NCBI GenBank assembly: GCA_043228905.1
Contig: JBHGNT010000002.1
Location: forward strand, 1,922,001 to 1,986,000
Direction: 5' to 3'
DNA from: Azolla caroliniana
Lineage: Eukaryota; Plantae; Polypodiophyta
Length of the DNA: 64,000 nucleotides
A program made the translations under genes and the position numbers. Below the pieces are notes generated by a model, which was not told where the DNA came from, made no database searches, and saw only the letters and a program-made list of their open reading frames with translations. Positions 1 to 11,504 of this stretch are shown piece after piece. Numbering within the stretch: the stretch's first letter is position 1; each line of letters starts with the position of its first letter.

Positions 1-1816
1 CTGTCCGTTCTTGGATTGTCCGATTCATTCGTTCTGCAATCCCGTTTTGCTCCGGACTGTGTGGTGCCGTAAGTTCACGTCGGATGCCGCGTTGTCGGCA
101 GAATTTGACGAATTCTTCGGATTTAAACTCTCCCCCATTGTCTGTCCGAAAGCATTTCAGCTTTCGGTCGGTTTGATTTTCCACCATAGCGAGCCAATCG
201 GTGAAGATCGAGAAGACACGATCTTTAGTGCGAATTGGATAAGCCCACACCTTTCGAGTCGAATCGTCAATAAAACTGACGAAGTAAGAGGCACCGCCAA
301 GAGACTGATGCGGCATTGGGCCACAGACGTCCGAGTGGACCAAATCGAGAGGTCTCCTTTCTCTTGGTGCTGATGTCGGGTGTGATGCGGCTGCTTGTTT
401 GCCATACTGACAATGCTCGCAGAATTGATGGTCGAAGAAGGAGAGTTTAGGGATGTATCCGGCTCTAGATAGGTGCGTGATGCCGGCCTTGCTGAGGTGT
501 CCTAATCTTCTGTGCCATAGTGATGACACAGGAATATCCACCAAAAACAGGTTACCCTCTCTGAGCGTAACATGTAACGAATACAATGAGTGTATCTTGG
601 GTCCTCTAGCAAGCAGGAGGTTCCCCCTGTGGAGTGTCCACCCTCCCGAAGAAAAACCGGCACGAATGCCGTCTTCATCTAGTTGTCCGACTGAGATCAA
701 TGGCCTTGAGAGCTCGGGTACATGTCGGACATTGTGAAGTACAAGTGTAGAGCCACCTGCAAGGTTGAGCTCGACTGTGCCGATTCCAATGATGTCACAG
801 TGTTGCGAGTTGCCGACCCGAACTGAGTCGGAGTGACGGATCGTATATTGCCGAAATTGGGATCGATGAGGAGTCACGTGAAATGACACGCCCGAATCTA
901 AGAGCCATGTGCTCGATTCTTCAGTCGTGAGCAGAACTTCTGATCCGACTGGATTTTCGATTGATAGTATATTCGGGTCGTCTGGTAGCACATCAGCTGA
1001 GAAGCTGACGTAATTGATCTCCTCATGCCGGCCACTCTTCTTGTTGTTCTTGTTCTTGAGTGCGCGGCAGTCGGCTTTGATGTGTCCGGGTTTCTTGCAA
1101 TAGTTGCAGATTCGGTTATCCCGTGACTGGCTCCGTCTTCGCTGATTGTTCGGCGGCCGTGAGGAATCTCTTCCTCGTATGTTCGATCGGTCTGTCGAAC
1201 CTTGTACTACATAAGCGTCGTCTGTTGAGTCTTTGGCGAAAGACTTTCTCCGAGCTGCTTCGGTCAGGATTGCGCTCGTGACTTCGGAGTATTTAACAGC
1301 CGTGGTTGACGCGTTGCACACGGTTGTGACGAAAGTTTCCCATGATGAGGGAAGGCTGCTCATGAGTATCATTGCTCTGAGTTCATCCTCGATTGCCGTC
1401 CCCTGTGACGAGATTTGGGAGCTTATGCTTTCGTACTCATTGAGGTGTGCTTAAACCGAATCGGATTCTTTCATCCGCAAGTTGTAGAGGCGCCGGATCA
1501 GAAACATCTTCGTTGCGGCGACCTTCTTTTCGTAAGTGTCCGACAGTGTTTTCCACAGTTCGAATGCTGTCGTACACGATTGCACCGTAAAGTATACCGA
1601 TTCCGATAGGTGCATCCGAATCGTGGCGCGGACAATTCTGTCCAGCTTCTGCCACTCAATTGGTTTGTATCCTTCTGGAGGTTCTTCATTTTCGATGGGA
1701 TCGATTTGCCCCTTGACTATGAGATAGTCCTGCATTTGCTCCTTCCAGAAGTTGAAGTTCGATCCATCGAACTTTCGTAGACTCATTTCTGACGAGCCGG
1801 ATGTTGATGCCATCAA
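1..1816 (-). pseudogene. Copia gag-pol polyprotein with one premature stop (TAA at 1451-1453)
   Basis: KFDGSNFNFWK gag start; CNYCKKPGHIKADC zinc knuckle (~1070-1108); WLLDSG protease (~890-907); LWHRRLGH; CEHC; LVHSDVCGP and RTDNGGEF integrase core. All motifs checked are in the same frame. Confidence 0.92.
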
Positions 1817-2461
1817 ATTCGGTTTCGGTTGACGAAGCTCGGTTCGGAGTTGACTACGAACCTTGTTGGAGTGCAGCCAGTTGGCTCACCCGATATCGTT
1901 CTAGTCGGATTTGAACCCGAGTCGGTTCGGCTTCGGAACTTGCTCGAATTGACTCCGGTAACTTGAGGGACAGAACCGACTGGTCTTCCCGAATGTTGCC
2001 GAGTCGGAGTGAGCCCGGTTCGCTTCGGATATATATGCCGAATACCGATTATTGAAACCGATTATCTGGACCGATTCTGCTTCGGGTGGCTGCAGCGACG
2101 AGAGAGACAGATCCAACTGATCCTCCCGAATGTCGATCAGCCGGATGAAGCGCGAATTGGGGTTGTTGTCTTGAGACCGATCTGCACCGAGTGGTTACAA
2201 CGAGCGGCGTTTGTTGACCTCTTCGGATGCCGTTTAACCGAGTGGAGCACGATCGTGTCAATGTTGCACAAGGGGATTTCACCTCGAGCGTTGCGATCAC
2301 AGGGAACGGAGTACAACCGGCTGGCTTACCCCAAGCGAAGAGGATCTAACGCGAAGAGATGCAAGCCTCGTTTTTCTTCTTCTTCTCTCTTCTTCGAATG
2401 ACGCAGGAAACCGAATGCTGAGACGACGGCCGACAGCGGATTGAAGGACCGACTACTGTGC

Positions 2462-2475
2462 AGGCTCTGATACCA
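2462..2475 (-). promoter_or_regulatory. Primer binding site complementary to tRNA-iMet
   Basis: TGGTATCAGAGCCT on the - strand, 2 nt after the LTR-terminal CA. Confidence 0.95.
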
Positions 2476-2477
2476 GA

Positions 2478-2563
2478 TGTTGAAGACAAAGTCGTCTGGG
2501 CGGAAGATCAAGAAGCATTCGATTGTGTTCTGAATACCTGCGTATGACAGTTTGGAGGTCGTT

Positions 2564-2598
<35 letters not shown>

Positions 2599-2770
2599 CA
2601 CAAAAATACTTCTTATTCCATATAGCAATAATACAACACCCAACCTTACAAAAAGGTTACAAGGTCACTATATATAGTGACCGACTTAGGGCAACTACCC
2701 TTTATGCTAATTACATAAATGGCCAAAACGGGATAGTGTGAATACGTCCATTATACACATGTATTCGACA
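2478..2770 (-). repeat. Copia 5' LTR (293 bp) containing a (GA)n tract and a palindromic TATA element
   Basis: - strand begins TGTCGAA and ends TTCAACA next to the PBS; gypsy integrase sequence resumes at 2771. Confidence 0.85.
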
Positions 2771-5733
2771 AATCCTGTCACCGAACTGTGCGTAGTTCGG
2801 TCCGCCCATAGCGCGTAAGGAAGGAGTCACAGCCAATTCCCGACCTGCCCGCCGCATGCACGCACCATCGCCTTTACAATCGGTCCGTGCCCACGTTCCA
2901 CCTTTCCGTTCGCCTCCGGATTGTACGCCGTGGTGAGGGAGAGTTTGACGCCTAGTCGGTCGAACAGCTCCTCGGCCTCCTGCGCATCCAGCTCTCCCCG
3001 GTCGGCCACGATCCTCCCGACGCACCTGTACCGACACACTACTTCCATCAGGAACCGGCATACCGTCGCGGTTGTCTTGCTTTGCAGTGCATGGCCTTCC
3101 ACCTGGTTCGTTAAGTCTTCCCGTGCAAGCACCAGGTATCGCATCTGTCTTACCCCCATCGGCATCGTCACCAAGTCCACCATCCACTTGAAATGGACCG
3201 TAGGCGGGTAGGTCGGGTGTAGCTCGTCCCGGTGTCGGACTATGGAGTGCACCTGACAGCTTTCGCAAGTCGTTACGAACCGATGCACGTCCTAGTATAG
3301 CCCCGGCCACCAGTACTTCTCCTTCAGCTTCTCGAACGTGGCCCACGTTCCGCGGTGTTCGGCCCATGGGCTCTCGTGGAATGCCGCCAGTAGTTTCCCC
3401 TGCTCTTCTTTCTTTGCCACTACTCGGAGTGGGATGCCGCTTCTCTTCTTTGGGTGTTTCCATATGCACCCGTCCCGCAGGAAGAATCGATACGCCTTCC
3501 TCCGTATCCGGCTCGCCTCCTCTCTCGCCCATGTTGCGTCCGGCGTCATCGTTCGTAGGAACCTCCCGATTTGGAGCCACTCCCCGTCGTACCTGCTTTC
3601 GTCAAATTCGTTAAGCGCCGGAGTGTTCCCTTTCCTTCTTGTCGTTACGTTAGCCAACCCGAAGAAGTCCTCGTCGACTTCTTCGTCTTCCGAAACCATG
3701 CCATCTTCGTCGTTGAACCTTGCCCTCGAAAGCATGTCGGCCATGGCGTTGTGCTTTCCGGAGATGTGCCGTATCTCTGGGTTCAGGGACTTAATGTACG
3801 CTATCCACCGGAGCATTGCTAGGTCCGGCGTCGCGCATCCGAAAACCATGCCGAGTATCGGCAGGCAGTCCGTCTCGATAATCACCTCTGTCCCGATCAG
3901 ATAATCCTTGTCGCCCTTGACCGCCAAAACGACACCCCAAAGTTCGCGCTTAACTTGGGCGTACCCTCGCTTCCACTCGCTCAATACCTTCGCCCCGAAC
4001 CGGATCGGGAATCGTACGCCGCCCTTGTCCTCCTGACTGATTACCCACCCGATCCCGGTCAGGCTGGTGTCCACCGTTACGCAGATGGGAACATTCTTGC
4101 CGTAAACCTCTTTACGGAGAGTTGGCGCTGCCGTAAGCGCCTCCTTTAGTCTCCGGACCAACTCCGTGTGCTTCGTCCTCCACTCAAAGCTACGCCCCTT
4201 TTTCAATAGTCCGTAGAGGGGTTCCGCGACATGTGCGTAGTGCGGGATCCAAATGTGGTAGAACGCGCATGCCCCCAAGAATCTGCAAACCTTCGTGACC
4301 GACCCGCAAACGTTCCTCATCGCGGAGATGGCCTCTACCTTTGCCGGAGATGGTTTTCTACCGTAAGGCCCGCACAGGTGTCCGACCACCAAGATCTCCG
4401 ACTGTCTGAAGACCGACTTTTCCCCGGAGAAGGTGAGCCTCGCGCGCTCTAGTCTCTACAGCACCTTCTCGCAGTCATCGATGTGGGACGCCACGAAATT
4501 CCGACATCCGTCCGGCCCGATTGCCTCGTCCCTTTTCTCCACCGGGCATCCCTTGATCGGGATGTCGTCTAAGAACGGCATGGTGATGTCCGGGATACAA
4601 TCCCTGAGCACTTTGTTCATCGCGTTCACCATGTGAGCCACTGAGTTCATCCCTCCTTGTGGCAGGGTACACATCCGCACTAGGCCGAGAGGAGTCTGCA
4701 TCGTCGTAATGTCTCTGCTCTCCACGGCTAGTTGGAACTGATCGTAACCCGAGTACAAATCACCGACAGAATAGATCGACCTTCCAGCGAAGGCCTCCGC
4801 GAACTCGTCTATGGTCGGTCCGATCCCTGCATTACGGATAGTCACCTTGTTGACCGATTGTAGGTCCTGGATGAAGCGCAGCGTGCCGTTCTTCTTCGGC
4901 ACCGTAAACCACCGATTCGAATATGGGGCACTCGATGGTTCGAGGATGCCCATCTCCACCTTTTGCTTTAGGAGCTCCATCAACTTCGGGATGTGAGCTC
5001 TTGGCACCGGAATCGGCTTGAGATTCCACGGTACATGTGGTACCGTGAAGATCACCATCGGTTCGACAACTTTCGGGTCTACGCACCCGATCTCCTCCGG
5101 TGAGAATGCTAAAGCCTTCCCATGCCTCCCGAGCATTCTCCGAAACCGGTCCTCCTCCGCCGGCAGTAGGAAGCCGCCCCCACTGACCTTGAGCTCCCGT
5201 AGTGTTATGTCGGTGAACCGGTGCCCTATGCCAACCGGATTTCGTAAACTCGGGTCTGACGCGACCCCTTTTATCCGCTCCTCGCTGCCCTCCGACAAGG
5301 GTGCCGCAATTGGCCTCACCTTCCGGTCCACAGTCTTGTAATTTGTATCCATGTGGGCCGTCCGATCCGACCCGATCCTTTCCCCGAAGTCTGTGATGAC
5401 TTCGTACATTCCCATCGACCCTACCGGAACGGTCTAGTCTTCCCTAAGGTCTTCACCGATCACCTTTCGTTGTTCGCCCAAGGTGTCGTCAAAAGAGACC
5501 GCCTCCACGGCGCCGCTGATGTCCTCATCGGGGAAGAGGACTCCGCATCCCCTGAGCCGCTCCTCCGCTCGCTTCCTCTCCCTGCCGCTAACGTTGGTTA
5601 TAGTACAACCTCCGCTGTCGGAGAACCAAATTTTCCTACCTATGGTACAGGTCTTCTTCTGTACTGTACATTTCTGGAGTTCTTCCTGGGTGTCCGGAAT
5701 ATCACGGCCCCACGCCTTGGCAGCCCTCTCTAA
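2771..5733 (-). pseudogene. Gypsy pol (RT-RNase H-integrase), one frame with in-frame stops at ~5434, 4456, 3292 and 2827
   Basis: ORFs 4456-5415, 3292-4392 and 2827-3288 share one frame. Motifs LRFIQDL, DLYSGYDQ, LPQG, FLDD, FLGAC, VDTS, ETDC, NAMADMLSR, HRG...YWWPGL, YNPEANGKVER, ALWADRTT. Confidence 0.92.
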
Positions 5734-7860
5734 AAATCCCCTCGGGTTTCGCTGCCGAGGGCCTCGCGGTTACGCTTGTGGTTCGGTCTCACCGTTAGGA
5801 ACTGGACCGAGTGACACCCGTCCTGGCTCTTGACTCTTGCATAGGCTGAACCGTTGTCCAGCACCTTGGTCTCCATCCGTGCCGCCGTGATATATGGCTC
5901 TCCTAGTATAACCGGATGCGAGGACGTCTCCTGCACGAAGAAGTGTTGGTCGATCTCGACATCGTCGATTTTCACCCGTATGTTCGGACAAGCCCCATGT
6001 AGTTCTTCCGTGGCGCACGTCGCTGCCCGTATCTTCCAACCATGCTTGGTGTTGATCGGCCATTTACCCTTCTTGTAGAAATCCATGGACATCAGGTTGA
6101 TTTCGGATCCATGGTCCACCAACGCCACCACTGGTTCCAGAACGTTGCCGATCCGTACAGGGGTTTCCGTAGTCGCCCTGGCCCAATGCGGCTTCGTGTA
6201 GTGGCTTCCCGCTAGCTCATCTTCCAAGGCTCCGTCTTCCAGGTGCGTGGTCCGCACTTCCACCGGCTTCTCCGGTTCCGGCTCCGTCGAGAGCCTCTTA
6301 CGCTTCACCAAGTCTACGATAGAGTCGTGGAACTCCCTCTTGGCAAATCCCAGCACCTCCCGCAATGACAGCTCCACTTTGCTGTCGAGGATACGTTCCT
6401 CCAGGACCTTTCGTAGGTCTATGGTCCTTTCGATCTCGGTGCTCAACCGAAACCCCGCCTGCTTCTTTCCGTCCGGTGTGCCCGGGTTGCCGGCACCAGT
6501 CGATTTTGGTCCGAACCGGGTCTCATACCTCGGGGCCCCGACCCCTCCGGCCTTTCTTGCCCGTTTGTCCTCCACCAGAACCTCGTAGTTCTGGCAAGTG
6601 GCTTCTACGAAGCCCGTTTTCTCTTCCACCGGATCGTCCCAACTGGTGACCCCTTGGACCCGTTGTTCCGCGCAGTCCGCCTCTTCCTTCCTCAGCCGAA
6701 CTCCAGAGAGGCCTTCTAGCACTAGCGGCCAGAATCCGGAGTCCTTCGCCTTCCGGGTCTCATCACCCCCGACCCGAATTCCCGCCGACACAGAGTAGTT
6801 AACAACTTCGACGTGTCGTGCCGCGGCCTCTTCCATCAACCTCTACATTCCGTCGCGCCCCGTATTCAGTTCCAGGGCTCTCCGGGTCTCGCTCGCGTGC
6901 ACCGGCCCATTCCAGAGGTACACCACGTTGGTCCTGAGCGCGTCGGCGAAATCCGGCAATCCTTCCGAATGTGACCGATCGCGTCACACCACATGCACCG
7001 CTGCCCAGCCGACGGCCTCTGGTCGCGAGGTTGTTCACCGCTGTCTCTTCGGGCCTGCGCGATCTGCAGGTCGCGCACCATCTGTGTTAGCTCCTCCAGA
7101 GCCGCTCCTCCGGATGGGCCTCTGACCACGTCGTTCGATGCCGACCCCGACTCCGGCCAGATTCGGGTCTCTTCCTTCCTCCTAGCCGGCACCGAAACCG
7201 GCTCCTCGAGCCTCCTCCCCGGGACCAGCCCCGACCCCGACGTGCTTCCGTCGCTCCAATCTCGTCGTTTGTCGAAACGGCTGCAGACCCGTTTTACCAC
7301 GGCCCAGTCCGTCGTGAGCCCTTCGTCCGTTTCCAATAGGGGTCCCACCTTTTCCCTGTCGAGCGCATCCACCGACTTGACAAACATCAGTACTCAACTT
7401 ATTTCGAGCACCGTCCGGTCCAGCGTCGACAGTCGCGTGAACCGTGTTTCGAATTCCTGGAGGAGCACCGTCGTGTTCCCCCTTTTCCGGGGCTTTCCAC
7501 CCACGCCATGAAGTCCCGCCTCGACAACCGGAGCGAGTCGTCAAACCCGTACTTCTCGAGGAGTTGCAGCTCAAACTCCTCCCAAGTCTGGCATCCGGCC
7601 AGCACCTCGAGCACCTCCGCATGGATGCCCGGCGTCACCACCCGAGGGAATCCGGATAGCCGCCTGTCCACCGGGATATCCCTCATGATCATTTCGGCCT
7701 GGTATGCCTCCAAATAACTTGTGGCGTCTTTCCCTCCGAAACGGCCTATAGAGCCGACGATCGATTCAATGGCTCTGTCGAGGGTACCCGTTCCCTCAGG
7801 AACGCTCACCAGCCGGTCAACGGCCACCGCCATTGCCTCTACTAGCTCTGATCCCCTCAT
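5730..7860 (-). pseudogene. Gypsy gag-protease ORF, frameshifted (~7480, ~6955) with in-frame stops
   Basis: ORFs 7399-7887, 6866-7387 and 5730-6839 join up; CMWCDAIGHIRKDC zinc knuckle; aspartic protease ALVDHGSEINLM...VILGEPY; ends GDF*. Confidence 0.85.
5733..5739 (-). promoter_or_regulatory. Candidate -1 ribosomal frameshift heptamer G GAU UUU
   Basis: - strand GGG GAT TTT TAG at the end of gag-PR; the pol frame is exactly -1 and stays open from here to a single TAG at 5434-5436. Confidence 0.65.
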
Positions 7861-7882
7861 CTTTCGACTCCTTTGCCGCCCT

Positions 7883-7900
7883 TTCACGTCGGGTTCACCA
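7883..7900 (-). promoter_or_regulatory. Primer binding site complementary to tRNA-Trp
   Basis: + strand TTCACGTCGGGTTCACCA matches my recollection of the 3' end of plant cytosolic tRNA-Trp(CCA) plus CCA; it lies 4 nt from the LTR end. Confidence 0.85.
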
Positions 7901-7904
7901 AAGA

Positions 7905-8526
7905 TGTCGCGTTGTTACGCGCGTACGTGTAGAAAGGGGCGGGACCACGGGGGTCTTGGACCAAGGAGCGAGAGAGAGAGAGAGAGATAGAGAGAGAGAT
8001 TCACTGACACGTAGAAGCGAGAAAGAGAGATTTAGAACGTAACGCTTAATTATAATGACAGAGATTACAAACTCCAACAGTTACAACCGACAAAGCGGCA
8101 ACGGACCCGACACGGGGTCCCTACTCACACACACCGACGACAGTCACATGACACAGAGAAACAAAAGGGGGAAAGGGAGCGACTCTGCTGGAAGCCCACG
8201 GGCTGTCCACGAAGCAGAGGCAACGAACTCCCGACACCCGCAGAGAGCGACGATTCGCGTCCAAGAGAGAGAGGTCCGCCTTCCGTTCTGCAGCAACGCT
8301 CCTGCTCCTCCTCGCGCGCGATACCTGTTTTCCCTTGTCCTCTTCCCTCTTATTCCCTGTCCCCTCTGCCCGGGATACACACAATCCCCCTTTAATAAAT
8401 ACGTGCGGCTTTGTATTCACATCCACCGGTTCGTGTACGAAATATCAAGTCACGCGTCCATCCGTGTAAGGGCCGGTTTACGCGCTTTCTCTCCGATTCC
8501 GCCTGTGGCCAGTTTTCTTCACGACA
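7905..8526 (-). repeat. Gypsy 5' LTR (~622 bp)
   Basis: Terminal inverted ends TGTCGCG...CACGACA, adjacent to the PBS, internal (GA)n tract; GC content drops abruptly after 8526. Confidence 0.8.
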
Positions 8527-8875
8527 ACGGTCCACTATTACAAAGAATATTGCAACATATTTAACTAGAACACTATTACAAAGGATGAGTGTTCGTAAAA
8601 AAGATAAAAGTTAAGCAATGTATGGTTTAGCTCGCCAAAAATACGAAAAGTGACTAAGTTTTAAAGCTTTACCAAAGCTCAAAACCATTTCACCAATAAG
8701 CAAATGAATGAATGTTGTTAATATGTTTCAAAATATTGGGAAGAAAATAAAGTGGAGATATGCCCCACCAAAATGGCTTTTTCTGCCCCCTGTCTTGGAA
8801 GGACCCTACATGAGGGCTTTTGTTACTCAACATGTTGGTTGATGTGGGAATAAGGGTTATATTTTAATGTATAAG

Positions 8876-11135
8876 TTCTTTTTCTTTTCTAGAAAAAAAC
8901 TCCTTCCATTAGTTATAAAATTTTACAAATGAGACGATTATATACAAATCCCTGTAGGGACGGGATAGTTCCATCTTATGTGGATGCCCACTAACTCAAG
9001 AAAGGGAGAGGATGACCATTGTTGGATGAAGGCTATTCGTTGTCTTTCAAATCCATCGGAGCCGCCCTTGAGGCCATCATATTGGCTCTTTAGAATGGCT
9101 ACAATTTCACTCCATATCTCTTGCAATAACCTTGTTGGATGCGCGCTTTGGTTGGAGAAGACTCGTCTACACTATGGTTCCCATACAATCCAAAGAGTTA
9201 TTGGGCTGACCAATTCCAACACAGCTTGAGATTTGTCATTAAGAGGAGTTGAGTGGACGTTGCTGCTGGTGGAGAAAAAAACCTCTTGTGCTTTTATCAC
9301 CAAAGTCATCCCCTCCTCCTGATGCTCGTATCTGTCAACTAGGGTCTGCCATGATAGCCAACATATATTTCCCCACTTAATGGAGCCTTGCACCTGGCAT
9401 AATTGCAACAAGTGGCCAACCCCCCACCATATTCGATGGGACGTTGGGCAGTCCCACAGAGCGTGTCGTATTGATTCTACTACATTTGGGCACTCTGCAC
9501 AATTAGGAGAGATAAGGTTCCCACTTTGCCATGCTCCCACCGGTAGGGACTTATGTATTAATAGCCATTGGAACGTGGTAATTCGTCTCGCATGTTGTTG
9601 TTTCCATATTTTCTGCCAAAACTTGGTGATAATTGTGGGAGGAACTTGAGATGTGTGCCAGACCTTCGCAACAGCTGGCTCTCGGGCGGTTTGAGCAGCT
9701 AGAATGTGGCGACCCAATCTCGTTGTGAATTGGAAGAAAGGGATGGGTTTGCTTCCTTGCCCCGCATAAGGATCCCGCCATGTCCATTACAAAGGGTCCC
9801 AACTGACCTTACGTAGCCATGTGTTTTCATGAGTACATATGTGCCAATCGGGTTGTACTTTTAGCGGATCGGGATCTACAATCCATTTATGACCAGTATA
9901 TGTGAGTACTCGAATTGCGTTATTTTGTGTTGGAGTCTCAGTGTCTCGCAATTCAAAGCCTTCGATCCTGTCTAGTGTTCCCCTACCTCTTGGGATCAGA
10001 GATCCCTCCTCCTCGTGTCCTATCCCTTTCTCCATTGTCGTCCTTTGAGTAGCAGTTCCCCTAATCAGTAGTGCGTTAATGATTTCCGATCTCATAGTCC
10101 ATCTGCCCCTGATTCCATGGAGTATGTTGGCTTGATCTTGTAGTGGCAGTGACATAAACCGTCGCCAACATTCTATACTTTTTCATGGACCTTCTGCAAT
10201 GTATCCCCATGACAACCCCTTACATGATCCCAATAGTTGATTAGATTCATCCTTGATACATGGGTTCCATAGGATACGTTGACTGAGCCAGGCAAGTTCA
10301 GAACTCGGTTGATCGCACTTGAGCCCTTGTCTAATGTCACACCATGCCTTCCACATGGATGCACTGAATCTATCCTCCAATTGGCGGGAGAAACTAGGTT
10401 TGAGATCCATGTTTAGAATCCATCTCGTTTGGGGGGCCCAATTGACCCCTTTTCTTGGCCTAAAGTAAGCGAGATGTAACCGCAATAGCATTTTCCAACA
10501 GTCATTTCCAGGTTGGAGTCCTCGCACCACAAATTTGGCAAGTAAGGCTTTTGATTGTGAAAGGGGATCAATAAGACCCAATCCCCCTCTCGACTTAGGC
10601 ATTGTGAGTATAGGCCACGCCACCTTGGCGCGAGTTACATGGTCTTCCTTACCAGACCAAATGTAGTTGCAGACCAGTCGTTGAATCTAATGTATACTTT
10701 CCTTGGAGATTTTCCAGCAAGATAGACTGTACCATGTTGTTGCGAGTAGTACCTGGTTTGCCACTATGATGTGACTCGCTAACGACAGTTTTTTCGAACT
10801 CCAATGTATCAGCTTTTGCCGAATGGAATGGATAACGGGTGCAATCATAGTCTCTGGCGGTATGTTGAAACCAATTTGGAAGCCCAAATATTTGGTTATT
10901 GCTCCTTGATTGATCCATTTGGAAGCGAGATGTGGGTGCCACGCCGAATGTGTTTCATGAGAAAGCCATATTGCGCAGGATTTGTGCCAATTAATCATGG
11001 CATTGGATCTCTTGCAAAATACGACTAACCCACTTTCTAGCTTTTGGAGGTTTTCCAAGTCCCCTTGCAGGTAGACCGTTGTGTCATCTGCAAATTCTAT
11101 ATCCAGGATGCTTTGGTGAGAATGAGGTACGGTTA
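8876..11135 (-). mobile_element. 5'-truncated, degenerate L1-like LINE (RT C-terminus plus zf-RVT region)
   Basis: Fragmented ORFs with FADDT-like motif, INWHKS, KYLGFQIG, KVAW..LTMPKSRGGLGL, C..C...ESIRHALWDC; A-rich tract at the - strand 3' end (~8876-8890). Confidence 0.85.
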
Positions 11136-11504
11136 ACGTATGAGTTCTTTGTGGCTTGTGGACATCTTTCCATTAATGCCAAGGTGAATCTTTATTTTTA
11201 TTTTAAAAAAACAAAAACATGTTTCAAAATCATGGCCCATGTTTAGAACCAAGGAACATATACCCGTATCAAGAAGTGACATTGACATGTTTCCAAGGCT
11301 CGACCCATGTTAAGAACCAATTAACATTCACCTGGATCAAGGACCAAGTTATGGTGACATGTTAGGAGTTGTTGAATGTGTTCCTAGATGTTTCATGATG
11401 AAATGTGCTCTCTTTTCTCATAGAAACCTTTCATGTAGTGTGGGTTCTGTCTCTCAATTACACTCACATCTCTAACATTACCATCAACATGCAAGTTGAC
11501 GTTA

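Larger units (their letters stand above)
1..2770 (-). mobile_element. Ty1/copia LTR retrotransposon, 5' half (5' LTR, PBS, gag-PR-IN; continues off the left edge)
   Basis: LTR 2478-2770 with TG...CA ends; tRNA-iMet PBS; copia domain order gag, zinc knuckle, protease, integrase in one frame on the - strand. Confidence 0.95.
2771..8526 (-). mobile_element. Ty3/gypsy LTR retrotransposon (decayed; interrupted in integrase by the copia element)
   Basis: 5' LTR 7905-8526; tRNA-Trp PBS; gypsy order gag(CCHC), PR (ALVDHGSEIN), RT (FLDD), RH, IN (CESC...VADRGE...NGKVER). Confidence 0.95.

Noticed and set aside
1451-5436. Idea that in-frame stops are removed by U-to-C RNA editing, as in fern organelles
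   Set aside because: These are nuclear retroelements that also carry frameshifts; mutational decay is the simpler explanation.
7883-7900. tRNA-Trp gene
   Set aside because: Only the 3' 18 nt including CCA are present; it is a primer binding site.
11-8564. Many + strand and alternate-frame ORFs over the retroelements (e.g. 3338-3904, 2711-3580, 6993-7511)
   Set aside because: Shadow ORFs of GC-rich gag/pol sequence with no independent motifs.
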